Part shown: positions 8,388 to 17,825 of the stretch, piece by piece
Position numbering within the stretch: position 1 is the stretch's first letter
Layout of the letters: the number at the start of each line of letters is the position of its first letter
IMG/VR virus record: IMGVR_UViG_3300048800_000113
Span: 1-52,698 of that record
Reading direction: 5' to 3' (one strand)
DNA from: a virus
Taxonomy: Duplodnaviria > Caudoviricetes
DNA: 52,698 nucleotides
The notes under the pieces: model-generated
What the model was told of the DNA's origin: nothing
Database searches by the model: none
What the model saw: only the letters and a program-made list of their open reading frames with translations
Made by a program: the position numbers and the translations under genes

Positions 8388-8632
8388 TGGTCACCGGCTA
8401 CGAGCAGTCGTTTTACCACCACGTGGAGAACATCTCTCGGCAGATGAAGCGCATGGCCGACTCCCAGGAGGAGATCGTCAACGTGGCTGTGCCGTCCCTG
8501 CTGGACGCTCTGCAGCGCCTCGCAGAACGACTGCCGGAACTCCTCTGTGACTGCCGAACCATGCGAGGCAATCCATGCCGACGTCCTGCTGGTCATAAGG
8601 GACCACACGATTCCCTAGAGGAGAAGATCTGA
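8387..8632 (+). CDS. Hypothetical protein
   Basis: TGATG coupling; C-terminal C..C..GH.GPH. Confidence 0.55.
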   Translation: MVTGYEQSFYHHVENISRQMKRMADSQEEIVNVAVPSLLDALQRLAERLPELLCDCRTMRGNPCRRPAGHKGPHDSLEEKI

Positions 8633-8928
8633 TGGAGACACCCGAACAGTTCCGCGCTCGTGTCGAGGCCAGCACCGTCGACCCTGAGGACCACGACTAC
8701 CAGGGTGACGGCACCAGTCGCTGCCCCGTCTGTCTCGGCACCATGAACCAACACCTGCCCAGCAAGGCACGCACCTTCTCGGTGACCGTCGACATGTCAG
8801 TCGCAGGCATCGCCGAAGTGCAGGACGCACTCATCAACCTCGCCAACCGGCTGGAACGGACTCCCGACGACACCGGCGGCATGGTCAAGGCCGGCGGCCA
8901 CGTCGTCGGGGATTGGGAGATCACATGA
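8632..8928 (+). CDS. Hypothetical protein
   Basis: TGATG coupling. Confidence 0.55.
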   Translation: METPEQFRARVEASTVDPEDHDYQGDGTSRCPVCLGTMNQHLPSKARTFSVTVDMSVAGIAEVQDALINLANRLERTPDDTGGMVKAGGHVVGDWEIT

Positions 8929-9296
8929 CGTGGCAGGCGTGGAATGACGGTGCGGGCAAGCGCAAGTGGTTCCTCGCTCGCGTCATTGACGGTCTCACGG
9001 AGTATCACTGGTCGAAACCTGACCCTCATGGCCAGCAGCACGTGATCCGCTACGCGCGTTACGAGACAGCGTTCCAAGCAGCCGCACGGCTCGACGCGAA
9101 CGTGACAACGCCCGTTAGCAACCCGCCGTTCGAGGCAAGGTGTCCGGGCGGTTGCCACCAAGGTGGCTTCGCGGACTTCGACCACTACTGCGACAGCGCA
9201 GGCATCAAGCCCGGCGAGGAGCCTGTCGCGTTCGCTGCGTGGCTCAATGCAATCTCCGGTTGGGACGGAGAGATGAAGAAGGTAGAGGAGACATGA
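8925..9296 (+). CDS. Hypothetical protein
   Basis: ATGA overlaps on both sides. Confidence 0.55.
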   Translation: MTWQAWNDGAGKRKWFLARVIDGLTEYHWSKPDPHGQQHVIRYARYETAFQAAARLDANVTTPVSNPPFEARCPGGCHQGGFADFDHYCDSAGIKPGEEPVAFAAWLNAISGWDGEMKKVEET

Positions 9297-10225
9297 CCGA
9301 CCCACCGATCCATGACCTGCTGACCACCCTCAACCCAATGCTCGCCGACACCAGCGACATCAAGCTGGCAACGCTCGTTGGCACCCACCTGTTCGACACC
9401 AAGATCGACGGCGTCCGGGCCCTGGCCGCGTGGGATGGCAGCCGCCTGACCATGCGCAACCGCAACGGCCGGCAGATGGACAACTACCTCGACCTAGAGG
9501 TGGCCGCCGCTGGCATCCCTGGCCCGGTCATCCTCGACGGCGAGATCGTCGCCGAGAGCGGCAAGTTCCAGGACATCGCCTGGAGAGACAAGCAGCGGGG
9601 TGCCAAGGTCATCAAGGCCATGCAGGACTGCCCGGCCCACTACGCGGCCTTCGACATCCTGTGGCACCCCGAGAAAGGTGACGTCAGGCACCTGCCCTAC
9701 ATCAACCGGCGCGCCCTGCTGACCGACCTGGACCTGGAGTTCCACGGCGGCCAACGCTGGGCAGCCACCGAGGCCAGCACCGACCCCAAGTTCTACGACG
9801 TCATCCGCGCCCTTGGTGGCGAGGGTGTCGTGGCCAAGCGCTACACAGCCCGCTATGAGCCCGGCCGGCGCAGCACCTGGCTGAAGTACAAGAGCAAGCA
9901 CAGGATTACGTGCATTGGCACCGGCTATGAGCCAGGCAAGGGGGCACGGATTGCTTTCGGCGCCATGTTCCTGAGCGTTCTCGATGACGGAGAGCCCATC
10001 AATGTGGGCCGTGTCGGTTCCGGCTTCACTTTGCCCGAGACCCTTGAGATGAAAGCAATCTTCGATGCGGCGCAATCCGCCGCAGACTTACCGCTTGTCG
10101 AGATTGAATGCTTGGGCATCACGCGCGAAGGAAAACTGCGGCAGCCTGTGTTCGTAGGCTGGCGCACCGACCTGAATATGAACGAGGCCACGGCCGCGCA
10201 AATCGCCACCCTGCCAGTCACCTGA
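9293..10225 (+). CDS. ATP-dependent DNA ligase (LigC/LigD ligase-domain type)
   Basis: Motifs KIDGVR, LDGEIV, AFDIL, EGVVAKR, WLKYK, LRQPVF. Confidence 0.92.
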   Translation: MTDPPIHDLLTTLNPMLADTSDIKLATLVGTHLFDTKIDGVRALAAWDGSRLTMRNRNGRQMDNYLDLEVAAAGIPGPVILDGEIVAESGKFQDIAWRDKQRGAKVIKAMQDCPAHYAAFDILWHPEKGDVRHLPYINRRALLTDLDLEFHGGQRWAATEASTDPKFYDVIRALGGEGVVAKRYTARYEPGRRSTWLKYKSKHRITCIGTGYEPGKGARIAFGAMFLSVLDDGEPINVGRVGSGFTLPETLEMKAIFDAAQSAADLPLVEIECLGITREGKLRQPVFVGWRTDLNMNEATAAQIATLPVT

Positions 10226-10803
10226 TGCCCAATCCACAGCTACCCACCTGGGTCAACGAGGAAGCCTTCCTTCAGAGACTGCTCTGTGACCTGGAGTCGC
10301 ATTGCTGGCGCTGGATGGGAGCTCACAATGCCAGAGGCTACGGCTCACTTCGCGAAAACTGGAGCGCTCATCAAATCGCTTATCTGTTATGGGTGGGACC
10401 AATCCCCTACGACGAAGAGCGGCAGCGGAAACTAGATATCGACCACGTGGCTGACTGGGACTGCATCTTCAAAGATTGTTGCAATCCCGGTCATCTAGAA
10501 CTCACCACAAATCGCGAAAACTTCAGACGTGCGCGATCCGCCCTACTCAAAGCGGCCCGGGCTCGGGCCGACAAGATCACACACTGTCCGCAAAATCATG
10601 AGTACACACCTGAGAACACCCGGATGCGCAATGGCAAACGCGCTTGCATCATTTGCATCCAGGACAAAGACCGGGCTCGCGGAATGATTCGGCGAGCCGA
10701 AGAGCGCCGCACCTGCTCGGTGTCCGGATGCAATAAGACCCTGAAAGCACGCGGATGGTGCTCAGCGCACTACAAACAATTTACCAAACCTCCCACCACC
10801 TGA
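10225..10803 (+). CDS. HNH homing endonuclease
   Basis: CWRWMG..GYG..AHQIAY..DH..CCNPGHLE..EN, plus HCPQNHEY..ENT and CSVSGC..GWCSAHY Zn motifs; lower GC. Confidence 0.85.
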   Translation: MPNPQLPTWVNEEAFLQRLLCDLESHCWRWMGAHNARGYGSLRENWSAHQIAYLLWVGPIPYDEERQRKLDIDHVADWDCIFKDCCNPGHLELTTNRENFRRARSALLKAARARADKITHCPQNHEYTPENTRMRNGKRACIICIQDKDRARGMIRRAEERRTCSVSGCNKTLKARGWCSAHYKQFTKPPTT

Positions 10804-10813
10804 AAGGAATCTG

Positions 10814-10996
10814 ATGGATCCCGATGAAGCCCTTGCACTGGCACGGCACTTCGCCAAGGCAGCCGCAGAGTGCTCGGAAGACGACCTGGAAGGCGCGCAC
10901 GACCAGCTCGCCATTGCCGTAGGCCACTACCAGGCCCTCGATGACTGGCTCTCCAAGGGTGGCTTCAGGCCGGTCGCCTGGCTGGCCGTGACGTAA
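10814..10996 (+). CDS. Small hypothetical protein
   Basis: GAAAGGA RBS; MDPDEAL...LDDWLSKGGF.P.W pattern familiar from actinophages. Confidence 0.6.
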   Translation: MDPDEALALARHFAKAAAECSEDDLEGAHDQLAIAVGHYQALDDWLSKGGFRPVAWLAVT

Positions 10997-11042
10997 CAAC
11001 GCACGTTTGCAGACAACCCAACCATCCTAAACGGAGGGACGC

Positions 11043-12245
11043 ATGACCATCATCGCAACACCACCGCAGCTCCACCCCGTCGCTGCATCACTGCAGAGCA
11101 TCCAGGGAGAGCTCGCCTCCTTCTTCAAGGAGCGCCGTACCTGTATCGAGGCAGTCGGTCTAGCCCTGCTCACCGCGGAGCACGCCTTCATCCTGGGACC
11201 TCCCGGGACCGGCAAGTCCTTGCTGATCCGCTCGTTCTTCAAGCGCTTCCCCGACGCTGCGTACTTCGAGCAGCTCCTGTCCAAGACCCTGCCTCCTGAG
11301 GCTGTCCTGGGGCCGTACGACATCCCCGAGCTGAGGGAGCATGGCCACCTGCACCGCAAGTACCAGGGCTTCCTGCCCACTGCCAAGCTCGCCATGCTGG
11401 ATGAGATCGGCAAGATGAGCCCGACGCTGGGTCACAACCTGCTGGCTGTCCTGAATGAGCGACTGCTCCACCAGGTCAACGGCGGCCGCTCGGCGATCGA
11501 CCTGCCTCTGTCAACGGTCGTTGGTGGCTCCAATGAGCTGCCCACCCAGGAGTCCGACGACGCTGCGGCGATGTGGGACAGGGTGCTGATCCGGGTCGTG
11601 ATCAACTACATCCAGGAGACCGGCAACTTCGTCGCCGTCCTGACCGGCCCCAAGGCTCCACCGATGGGCACCACCATCGCCTGGGCCGACATGCAGGACG
11701 TCATCGACACCGTGGTCCCTGACATCAAGATGCCCAACGACGTCATGGAGGTCGTGGCCAAGCTGCGCGAGCAGCTCAAGGGCGTGGAGATCAGCCCGTC
11801 TGATCGTCGCTGGAAGCAGAGCATGAAGCTGCTGCAGGCCAACGCCTTCATGCATGGCCGCGATGAGACCACCACCGACGACATCGAGGTGCTGCGTCAC
11901 TCGCTCTGGGAGAACCCGACCCAGATCTCGCAGGTGGAGCGGATGACCCTGTCCGTGAGCAACCCGATCGCGGAGAAGGCGCTGAGCATCCTGGAGCGTG
12001 CCGAGGAGGTCGCCCAGAACGTGCGCGACTCCAAGGGACTGGCCCTGGACAAGCGTGCCGCCATCGGCACCGAGCTCCACGGCCGCCTGAGGTCCGTCAG
12101 CGAGGACTTGGGCCGTGTCCGGCAGGAGGCGCTGTCCGCCGGCGCTTCGGTGACCAAGCTCGATGAGGTCTCCGCCCGGATCTCCGGGATCAAGGCCTCC
12201 ATCCTCACCGACCTGATGGGTCTCGACCTGGCGAGCCTGCAGTAA
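11043..12245 (+). CDS. MoxR/RavA-family AAA+ ATPase
   Basis: Walker A GPPGTGKS, Walker B MLDEIGK, LAVLNER, GSNELP, WDR, SDRRW. Confidence 0.9.
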   Translation: MTIIATPPQLHPVAASLQSIQGELASFFKERRTCIEAVGLALLTAEHAFILGPPGTGKSLLIRSFFKRFPDAAYFEQLLSKTLPPEAVLGPYDIPELREHGHLHRKYQGFLPTAKLAMLDEIGKMSPTLGHNLLAVLNERLLHQVNGGRSAIDLPLSTVVGGSNELPTQESDDAAAMWDRVLIRVVINYIQETGNFVAVLTGPKAPPMGTTIAWADMQDVIDTVVPDIKMPNDVMEVVAKLREQLKGVEISPSDRRWKQSMKLLQANAFMHGRDETTTDDIEVLRHSLWENPTQISQVERMTLSVSNPIAEKALSILERAEEVAQNVRDSKGLALDKRAAIGTELHGRLRSVSEDLGRVRQEALSAGASVTKLDEVSARISGIKASILTDLMGLDLASLQ

Positions 12246-12247
12246 CC

Positions 12248-12625
12248 ATGGACCTCGAAGACTGGCGCCTGCCTCGCGTCCACAAGCTCATCAAGGAGCT
12301 CAACGTCGTAGGGGGCGACTATTCCGGCGATGAGGCCACAACCGTCAGTGAGGCAGAAGCCAACATCGTCACCAGCTATCTCGGCGGTGAGCTCCACGCT
12401 CCGGTGCTGGACATCGACTTCGGTGCCCGACTGCTCCCGTCGTCAACACCCGGTCACTTCCACCTGTACCTCGAGAAGGCCATGACCTGGGACAACTACT
12501 GCGGGCTGCTCAAGGCGCTCGGCGCCGTGGGCATCCTCGAGGAGGGATACGTCAAGGCCTCGCTACGGCGTGGCTACTCCAGCGTCCGGAAGCCTGGCGT
12601 CTACAAGCAAGAGGAGGGGACATGA
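12248..12625 (+). CDS. Hypothetical protein with AEP-like motifs
   Basis: PVLDIDF and SSTPGHFHLY resemble primase-polymerase motifs I and II. Confidence 0.45.
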   Translation: MDLEDWRLPRVHKLIKELNVVGGDYSGDEATTVSEAEANIVTSYLGGELHAPVLDIDFGARLLPSSTPGHFHLYLEKAMTWDNYCGLLKALGAVGILEEGYVKASLRRGYSSVRKPGVYKQEEGT

Positions 12626-12864
12626 CCGAATACAGAGTGACCTGGAGCATCGACGTGGAAGCTGACAGCCCGCAAGGGGCTGCCACGAGGGCGCGCGACA
12701 TCCAACAAGATCCCACGACTATCGCCCATGTGTTCGAGGTGGCCAGTCACGACGACAGCAGAACATGGACCGTCGATCTGGACTACGACCCACGGCGAGC
12801 GATACAGGGCAAGTCCAGACTGCACCGCAGGGAAAGGAAACACGACGATGTCTTTCCTAAGTGA
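12622..12864 (+). CDS. Hypothetical protein
   Basis: EYRVTWSIDVEADSP..AA pattern; ATGA overlap. Confidence 0.6.
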   Translation: MTEYRVTWSIDVEADSPQGAATRARDIQQDPTTIAHVFEVASHDDSRTWTVDLDYDPRRAIQGKSRLHRRERKHDDVFPK

Positions 12865-14467
12865 TCTGATCGACAAGGGCAAGGATCTGCTCGCCTGGGA
12901 GCAGAAGCCACCGGACCAGACCGAGGCGATCAAGCGCAACAGCTTCGACCGTCAGGACTGGCAGCACGTCCTGGAAACTGCGCCGACGATCAAGCAGATC
13001 CAGAGCCAGCTGGAGCAGACGGTGGACTACGCCGATGACTTCATGGCTGACCTGCACGCCGGTCTCTTCAAGGTCGAGCCCAGCGTGCGAAGCGCCGATG
13101 AGATGAAGCCAACGCACGTTGCCAACCGGGCCGTGATGGAGCAGCTGCTGGACATGCCGGAGATGCAGACCCTGCGCCAGCACTCCACCGGTGACATCTA
13201 CTCCTCGGCCCTGGCCATGGTCGCCATGCAGGAGACCGCGGTGGAGACCCTGAAGCGGGTCCAGTCGGCAGCCGAAGAGGCCGCCAAGGCAGCAGAAGAG
13301 CGTCAGGCGGAGCGGGAGAAGCGCCAGCAGGAGCTCGCTGACCAACTCGCAGACCTAGCGGCGAACCCGCCGCCTGAGCCACTACCGCCGGGTGCTCAGG
13401 GGCCCGAGCTTCCACCCGATCCCAGGGTGGAGGGACTGAAGACCCAGATGGACCAGTTCGGCTCCATGGCAGCACCGAGCAACAACGGAGTGCAGCAGGC
13501 CGCGCAGGACGCCGCAGCGGGCATGGAGAACAAGCTGCGCTTGGCAGCCAAGAAGGCCACCGATGATCTCGATGAGCAGGAGACGCTGATGCGCTCCTTC
13601 GGCGTCGAGGATGGCGACCTGCAGCGAATGCCCGTCAAGGAGCGGATGGCGCTGGCTCAGAAGCTGGCCAACAACCGGCTCGCCAAGTTCGCCAAGCTGC
13701 TGGGTCAGTTCAAGATGGTCCAGCAGGCCGAGTCCCGCAAGAGGGTGGTCAACGCAGCCAGTGAGGTGCATGGCATCACCACCGGCGATGACCTGGCCCG
13801 GATGGCAACCAGTGAGCTGCTCAACTTCGCGGATGAGTCGCTGGAAGACCTGATGTGGCTGCGCTGGAGCGAGAGCGAGCTGTCCATCTACGACGTCCGC
13901 GGCAAGGAGAACATGGGCCAGGGCCCGATCATCGTGGTCTGCGATGAGTCAGGCTCGATGAACGCAACGGACGTTGCCGGCGGCACCAGGGAGGCCTGGA
14001 GCAAGGCTCTGGCGCTGGCGCTGTGCGATCAGGCCAAGAGGCGCAAGAGGGACTTCCGATACATCGGCTTCTCGTCCGCCGGACAACAGCGCGTTGTGGA
14101 CTTCCCTGGAGGGCATGCCCCGATCAACAAAGTCATTGAGATGACCGAAGGATTCCTCAATGGAGGCACCAACTACGAACAACCTCTGCGCATGGCATTG
14201 CGGATGATTGAGAAAGACTTCGATGCACTGAGTAAACCGCGCCCGGACATCGTTATGATTACTGATGACGCCTATGGATCGCTCGATCCAGAGTTCATGC
14301 ACGAGTGGAATAGAATCAAAGACAAGACATCACTCAAGTGCTATGGCATCGCAGTAGGCTGTGACTTCTCCGGCGCACTGGAATCCATATCTGACAACGT
14401 CCGTTCGATTACTAGTCTCACCGCTTCTGACCCCCGTCAGCTCGGGGACCTATTTAGGACGCTCTGA
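12848..14467 (+). CDS. vWA (MIDAS) domain protein, ViaA-like partner of the AAA+ ATPase
   Basis: IIVVCDESGSM (DxSxS), GGTNYE, DIVMITDD; N-terminal coiled coil. Confidence 0.88.
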   Translation: MSFLSDLIDKGKDLLAWEQKPPDQTEAIKRNSFDRQDWQHVLETAPTIKQIQSQLEQTVDYADDFMADLHAGLFKVEPSVRSADEMKPTHVANRAVMEQLLDMPEMQTLRQHSTGDIYSSALAMVAMQETAVETLKRVQSAAEEAAKAAEERQAEREKRQQELADQLADLAANPPPEPLPPGAQGPELPPDPRVEGLKTQMDQFGSMAAPSNNGVQQAAQDAAAGMENKLRLAAKKATDDLDEQETLMRSFGVEDGDLQRMPVKERMALAQKLANNRLAKFAKLLGQFKMVQQAESRKRVVNAASEVHGITTGDDLARMATSELLNFADESLEDLMWLRWSESELSIYDVRGKENMGQGPIIVVCDESGSMNATDVAGGTREAWSKALALALCDQAKRRKRDFRYIGFSSAGQQRVVDFPGGHAPINKVIEMTEGFLNGGTNYEQPLRMALRMIEKDFDALSKPRPDIVMITDDAYGSLDPEFMHEWNRIKDKTSLKCYGIAVGCDFSGALESISDNVRSITSLTASDPRQLGDLFRTL

Positions 14468-14909
14468 TGATGAACCCAACCTTGGCGTTGATCAGTCTTG
14501 AGCGGCGATTCGCAGCCAAGGTGCAGATCACTCCAACATGCCATCTGTGGATCAGCACGCTCAATAACAAAGGAAGGCCAGCGATCGGCGTACCGGCTGC
14601 CCTGATCGGCAAGGCTCGCATGATGCAGGATCCCACGTTGCTTGGTTTCTTCATTACGGCACATGGCCAACGCAGCTCAACCACACCTCCTGCGATCAGG
14701 ACCTGTGCGTCCGTTGGGATCACCTCTACGAGGGAGATCAGGTGACCAACATGGCAGACATGGCCGCCCGAACGACCGCAACCTACTGCCGAAGCGGCCT
14801 GCATCTCAGAACCGCAGCGAACACACGCATCAGGCGCAATGGCACTCGGCTGTGTCTCGACTGCAAACGCATCGCCGACGCGGCATGGCGCTTGTCTAGG
14901 ACGGCGTAA
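14467..14909 (+). pseudogene. HNH endonuclease split by a single frameshift
   Basis: Frame 1: RRFAAKV..TCHLWI; the -1 frame from ~14628 reads GSHVAWFLHYG..LNHTSCDQDLCVRWDHLYEGDQVTNMADM..YCRSGLH..CLDC to TAA 14909. Confidence 0.75.
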
Positions 14910-14987
14910 CAACGCTCGTTTGCAGACCCGATTTGCCGAAATCTTCTTTCCCCGAAGTCGAGGTTCCCATATAGGAGGAAATCGAAA

Positions 14988-15191
14988 ATGCACATCAACA
15001 CCGCTGATCAGGCAGCCAAGGCTCTGGCTGGTCTCCAGCGCAAGCCAGTGATCAAGCGCATCGCCAAGACAGATCCCTGCCCCGACTGCGGAGGAGAGGT
15101 CATCAACTGGTACGCGAGCAACCCGCGCGACCCCGGCGACGTCGACCCGCGTGCGGACTGCACCAACCCTGACTGTCTGTGGGGTTACTAG
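14988..15191 (+). CDS. Small Zn-ribbon protein
   Basis: AGGAGG RBS; CPDCG...CTNPDC. Confidence 0.6.
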   Translation: MHINTADQAAKALAGLQRKPVIKRIAKTDPCPDCGGEVINWYASNPRDPGDVDPRADCTNPDCLWGY

Positions 15192-15193
15192 CC

Positions 15194-15712
15194 ATGGCCA
15201 TCATTGCGCTGACGCAGGGTTTGTTCACCACTGTTAACGACGCCGACATGGCCCTACTTTCCTCTCACCACTGGCACGCGATCCGAGTGAATCACAACCA
15301 GCGGGTGACGTACTACGCCACAACACACGTCAGCACTCCTGGACTCAGGACGCGAGACAAGGGTGGCCGGCGGATGGTGCAGATGCACCGCTTCATTCTC
15401 GGCCTGACGGCGGGTGACCCCGATGTCGATCACTGGGATGGCAATGGACTAAACAATCAGCGCGCGAATCTGCGACTTGCCACTGACCAGCAGAACGCTC
15501 GCAATAGACGCCCACGCATGACCGATGCTCGTGGCGCCCTCACCAGCTCCTACAAAGGAGTGAGCCTCCGGGGTCAGCGCTGGGCGGCCATCATCACCGT
15601 CGATGGTCAATACACACCACTGGGCACATTTGATACCGAGATAGAAGCAGCCGCTGCTTACGACACCGCCGCGCGCAAATACTTCGGACCATTCGCATGC
15701 ACAAACTTCTAG
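15194..15712 (+). CDS. HNH-AP2 homing endonuclease
   Basis: MHRFIL..VDHWDGNGLNNQRANLRLAT..NARN + SSYKGV..WAAII..LGTFDTEIEAAAAYD. Confidence 0.9.
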   Translation: MAIIALTQGLFTTVNDADMALLSSHHWHAIRVNHNQRVTYYATTHVSTPGLRTRDKGGRRMVQMHRFILGLTAGDPDVDHWDGNGLNNQRANLRLATDQQNARNRRPRMTDARGALTSSYKGVSLRGQRWAAIITVDGQYTPLGTFDTEIEAAAAYDTAARKYFGPFACTNF

Positions 15713-15722
15713 GAGGCTACTG

Positions 15723-15911
15723 ATGCGCTCCCGCACCATGTGGACCATCAACGCCACCGACCACACCGTCACGGTGTGGCGCTATGACGCTTTGCCCAAT
15801 ACAGCTGCCATGGAGGACGTCGAGTGCACCCTCAACGAGTCAGACCTCGAAGAGATCCAGCGCTCGATCGCGCTGACCTATCCACCCGAGCGAGAAGACC
15901 GGAACGCCTGA
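15723..15911 (+). CDS. Small hypothetical protein
   Basis: AGGAGG RBS. Confidence 0.5.
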   Translation: MRSRTMWTINATDHTVTVWRYDALPNTAAMEDVECTLNESDLEEIQRSIALTYPPEREDRNA

Positions 15912-15935
15912 CCCCAACCCCTAAACGGAGGGACC

Positions 15936-16928
15936 ATGAAGACAGATATGAGGGCCTACATCGAGGCCAACGGCAACCTGCCACCGGACTGCGTGCTGGG
16001 CTACATCGCGTGGTTCAGCGTCAACGACGCTGCCTACGACGCGGAGCGGCTCATCAAGGACTTCGACCGGCTGCAGCTCAACTCCACGATGCTGCCTGCG
16101 CCGCTGCGTGCCGACGACGCCTTCGAGAAGGCGTCCAAGGAGATCGACAAGTTCAAGTACGCCATCGTGGGTGGCAGCACCGCTGAGATCCTCATCCGTG
16201 AGGTCTCTCGGGATGCTCGCACCATCCAGCGGCACATGATCCGCGAGGTCAAGGACTCCGCTGGCAAAAGGCTGCTGTATGAGAAGGTCGGCGAGCTCAC
16301 CTTCTACCGCGGCCGCGTCGTCGGTGGCGTCGTCGACCAGTCATCGACTCGGGCTCGGGCCACGCTCGACCCAGCCCTCTCACCCTCGGAACGAGACATA
16401 CTAACGCCCGTTGTTAGCCAGTTCACCGAGGCCTACCACCGCTACCGCGACTTCCATGACGGGCAGAAGGTCCGCGGCATCCTGCGCAACTACCTGGTGT
16501 ACCTGAACGCGGTGCAGATGAAGCCCAGCGTGTACTTCGTCCACTCCTCCCGTGCCGATGAACTCGAGCGGCTCAAGGCATTCGCTGATGGGCTGGGCAC
16601 AGCCTCGCTGATGCTCCTGCCCCAGGCTGACCTGCCCCGGCTGCGTCAGGACGTCATCGACGCCTTCCAGGAGGAGGCAGAGAAGGATCTGCAGCAGGTA
16701 GTCGTCGACATCCAGAAGCTGCGCTCCTCTCGCAGCGGAGACATCCGCCCGACCGCGTTCGCCAAGATCAAGGAGGACTACGACCGGGTGATGCGCAAGG
16801 CCAGCGAGTACTCCCGCACCCTGCAGATCGGTCAGGACAGGACAGCCGGCGCAGCCGAGCTGGCTGTCGACGCACTGATGGCGCTGCAGATCGACGTCAT
16901 GAAGACCCTCGACAAGGTGGTGGCCTGA
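15936..16928 (+). CDS. Conserved hypothetical protein (possibly DUF6744/DUF3150-like, AAA-vWA associated)
   Basis: LGYIAWFSV, P...DAFEKA, VYFV pattern; shares a 15-nt leader with the AAA+ gene. Family name is tentative. Confidence 0.55.
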   Translation: MKTDMRAYIEANGNLPPDCVLGYIAWFSVNDAAYDAERLIKDFDRLQLNSTMLPAPLRADDAFEKASKEIDKFKYAIVGGSTAEILIREVSRDARTIQRHMIREVKDSAGKRLLYEKVGELTFYRGRVVGGVVDQSSTRARATLDPALSPSERDILTPVVSQFTEAYHRYRDFHDGQKVRGILRNYLVYLNAVQMKPSVYFVHSSRADELERLKAFADGLGTASLMLLPQADLPRLRQDVIDAFQEEAEKDLQQVVVDIQKLRSSRSGDIRPTAFAKIKEDYDRVMRKASEYSRTLQIGQDRTAGAAELAVDALMALQIDVMKTLDKVVA

Positions 16929-17137
16929 TGACCCCTGAGCAGGCCGAAACGGTCAACTTCTACAAGGCATACAACGTGCCAGCAACATGGTTCATCGGGC
17001 CGCCCGATACTGAAGGACGCATTGAGGTCATTGCGCTTGGTCAGGACTTCATCTGGTCACTGCTGATCGACGCAGGTGGCCTCGCCAACACCTCCGAAGC
17101 CACTGTCGGTCCATTCTCTACCGGGATCGAGGTCTGA
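16928..17137 (+). CDS. Hypothetical protein
   Basis: TGATG coupling. Confidence 0.55.
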   Translation: MTPEQAETVNFYKAYNVPATWFIGPPDTEGRIEVIALGQDFIWSLLIDAGGLANTSEATVGPFSTGIEV

Positions 17138-17138
17138 C

Positions 17139-17315
17139 ATGCCATACGAATGTGACTACTGCGGAAGGCTATTCACCACTGAGCCTGTCCGTGACCCCGA
17201 AGAGATCACCTGGCGGGGACTCTGGGCTCGGATCTGGTGCTCCGAGGAGTGCATGATCAAGCACGCTGAGCTAATCGCATCCAACGGCCCACTGGGGCGG
17301 AGTGATGAGCGATGA
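17139..17315 (+). CDS. Small Zn-finger (CxxC...CSxxC) protein
   Basis: CDYCG...WCSEEC. Confidence 0.55.
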   Translation: MPYECDYCGRLFTTEPVRDPEEITWRGLWARIWCSEECMIKHAELIASNGPLGRSDER

Positions 17316-17536
17316 CCATTGACCTGTCTCTGCTCCGCGAGGTTCTCAGCGACGTCGCCAAGGCTGTCGAATCCCTGGACGGCACCGTCATCGACGACAC
17401 TACGCTGGGCAACAAAGCCGGCGCGGCCCAGCTCAATCGGGAGCTGCTCAACCTCGCTGACCAACTCCAGCTCGCGTCGGCCCTGGTCCGCAACGAGTAC
17501 TGGACCGGGAAAGGGTTGTTGTCCTATGGACTTTGA
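17312..17536 (+). CDS. Hypothetical protein
   Basis: ATGA overlap. Confidence 0.55.
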   Translation: MTIDLSLLREVLSDVAKAVESLDGTVIDDTTLGNKAGAAQLNRELLNLADQLQLASALVRNEYWTGKGLLSYGL

Positions 17537-17825
17537 CGACCGAGCACCACTGGAAGCCGACCCGGAGCGCGTGCCCTCTCCGGAGCAGCTCGAGAAGCTC
17601 AAGACTCTGTTCGACTGGATCGACACCCTGCACGATCGGGTGCGCAGTCCCTGGGGCATGGCGTGGATTGAGATCCAGCTGATGATGGCCGGCGGCACCG
17701 AGCTGTTCGAGTGGGCAGCCTCCGACCCGCCGATCCACAGGCTCTACCGCTACCGCATCGACGCGCCTCTGGATCCGAACGCGAGTGCAGAGGACTACCT
17801 ACCACAGAGTTGGGAGGAGCCATGA
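17526..17825 (+). CDS. Hypothetical protein
   Basis: Operon order, GC3 bias. Confidence 0.55.
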   Translation: MDFDDRAPLEADPERVPSPEQLEKLKTLFDWIDTLHDRVRSPWGMAWIEIQLMMAGGTELFEWAASDPPIHRLYRYRIDAPLDPNASAEDYLPQSWEEP

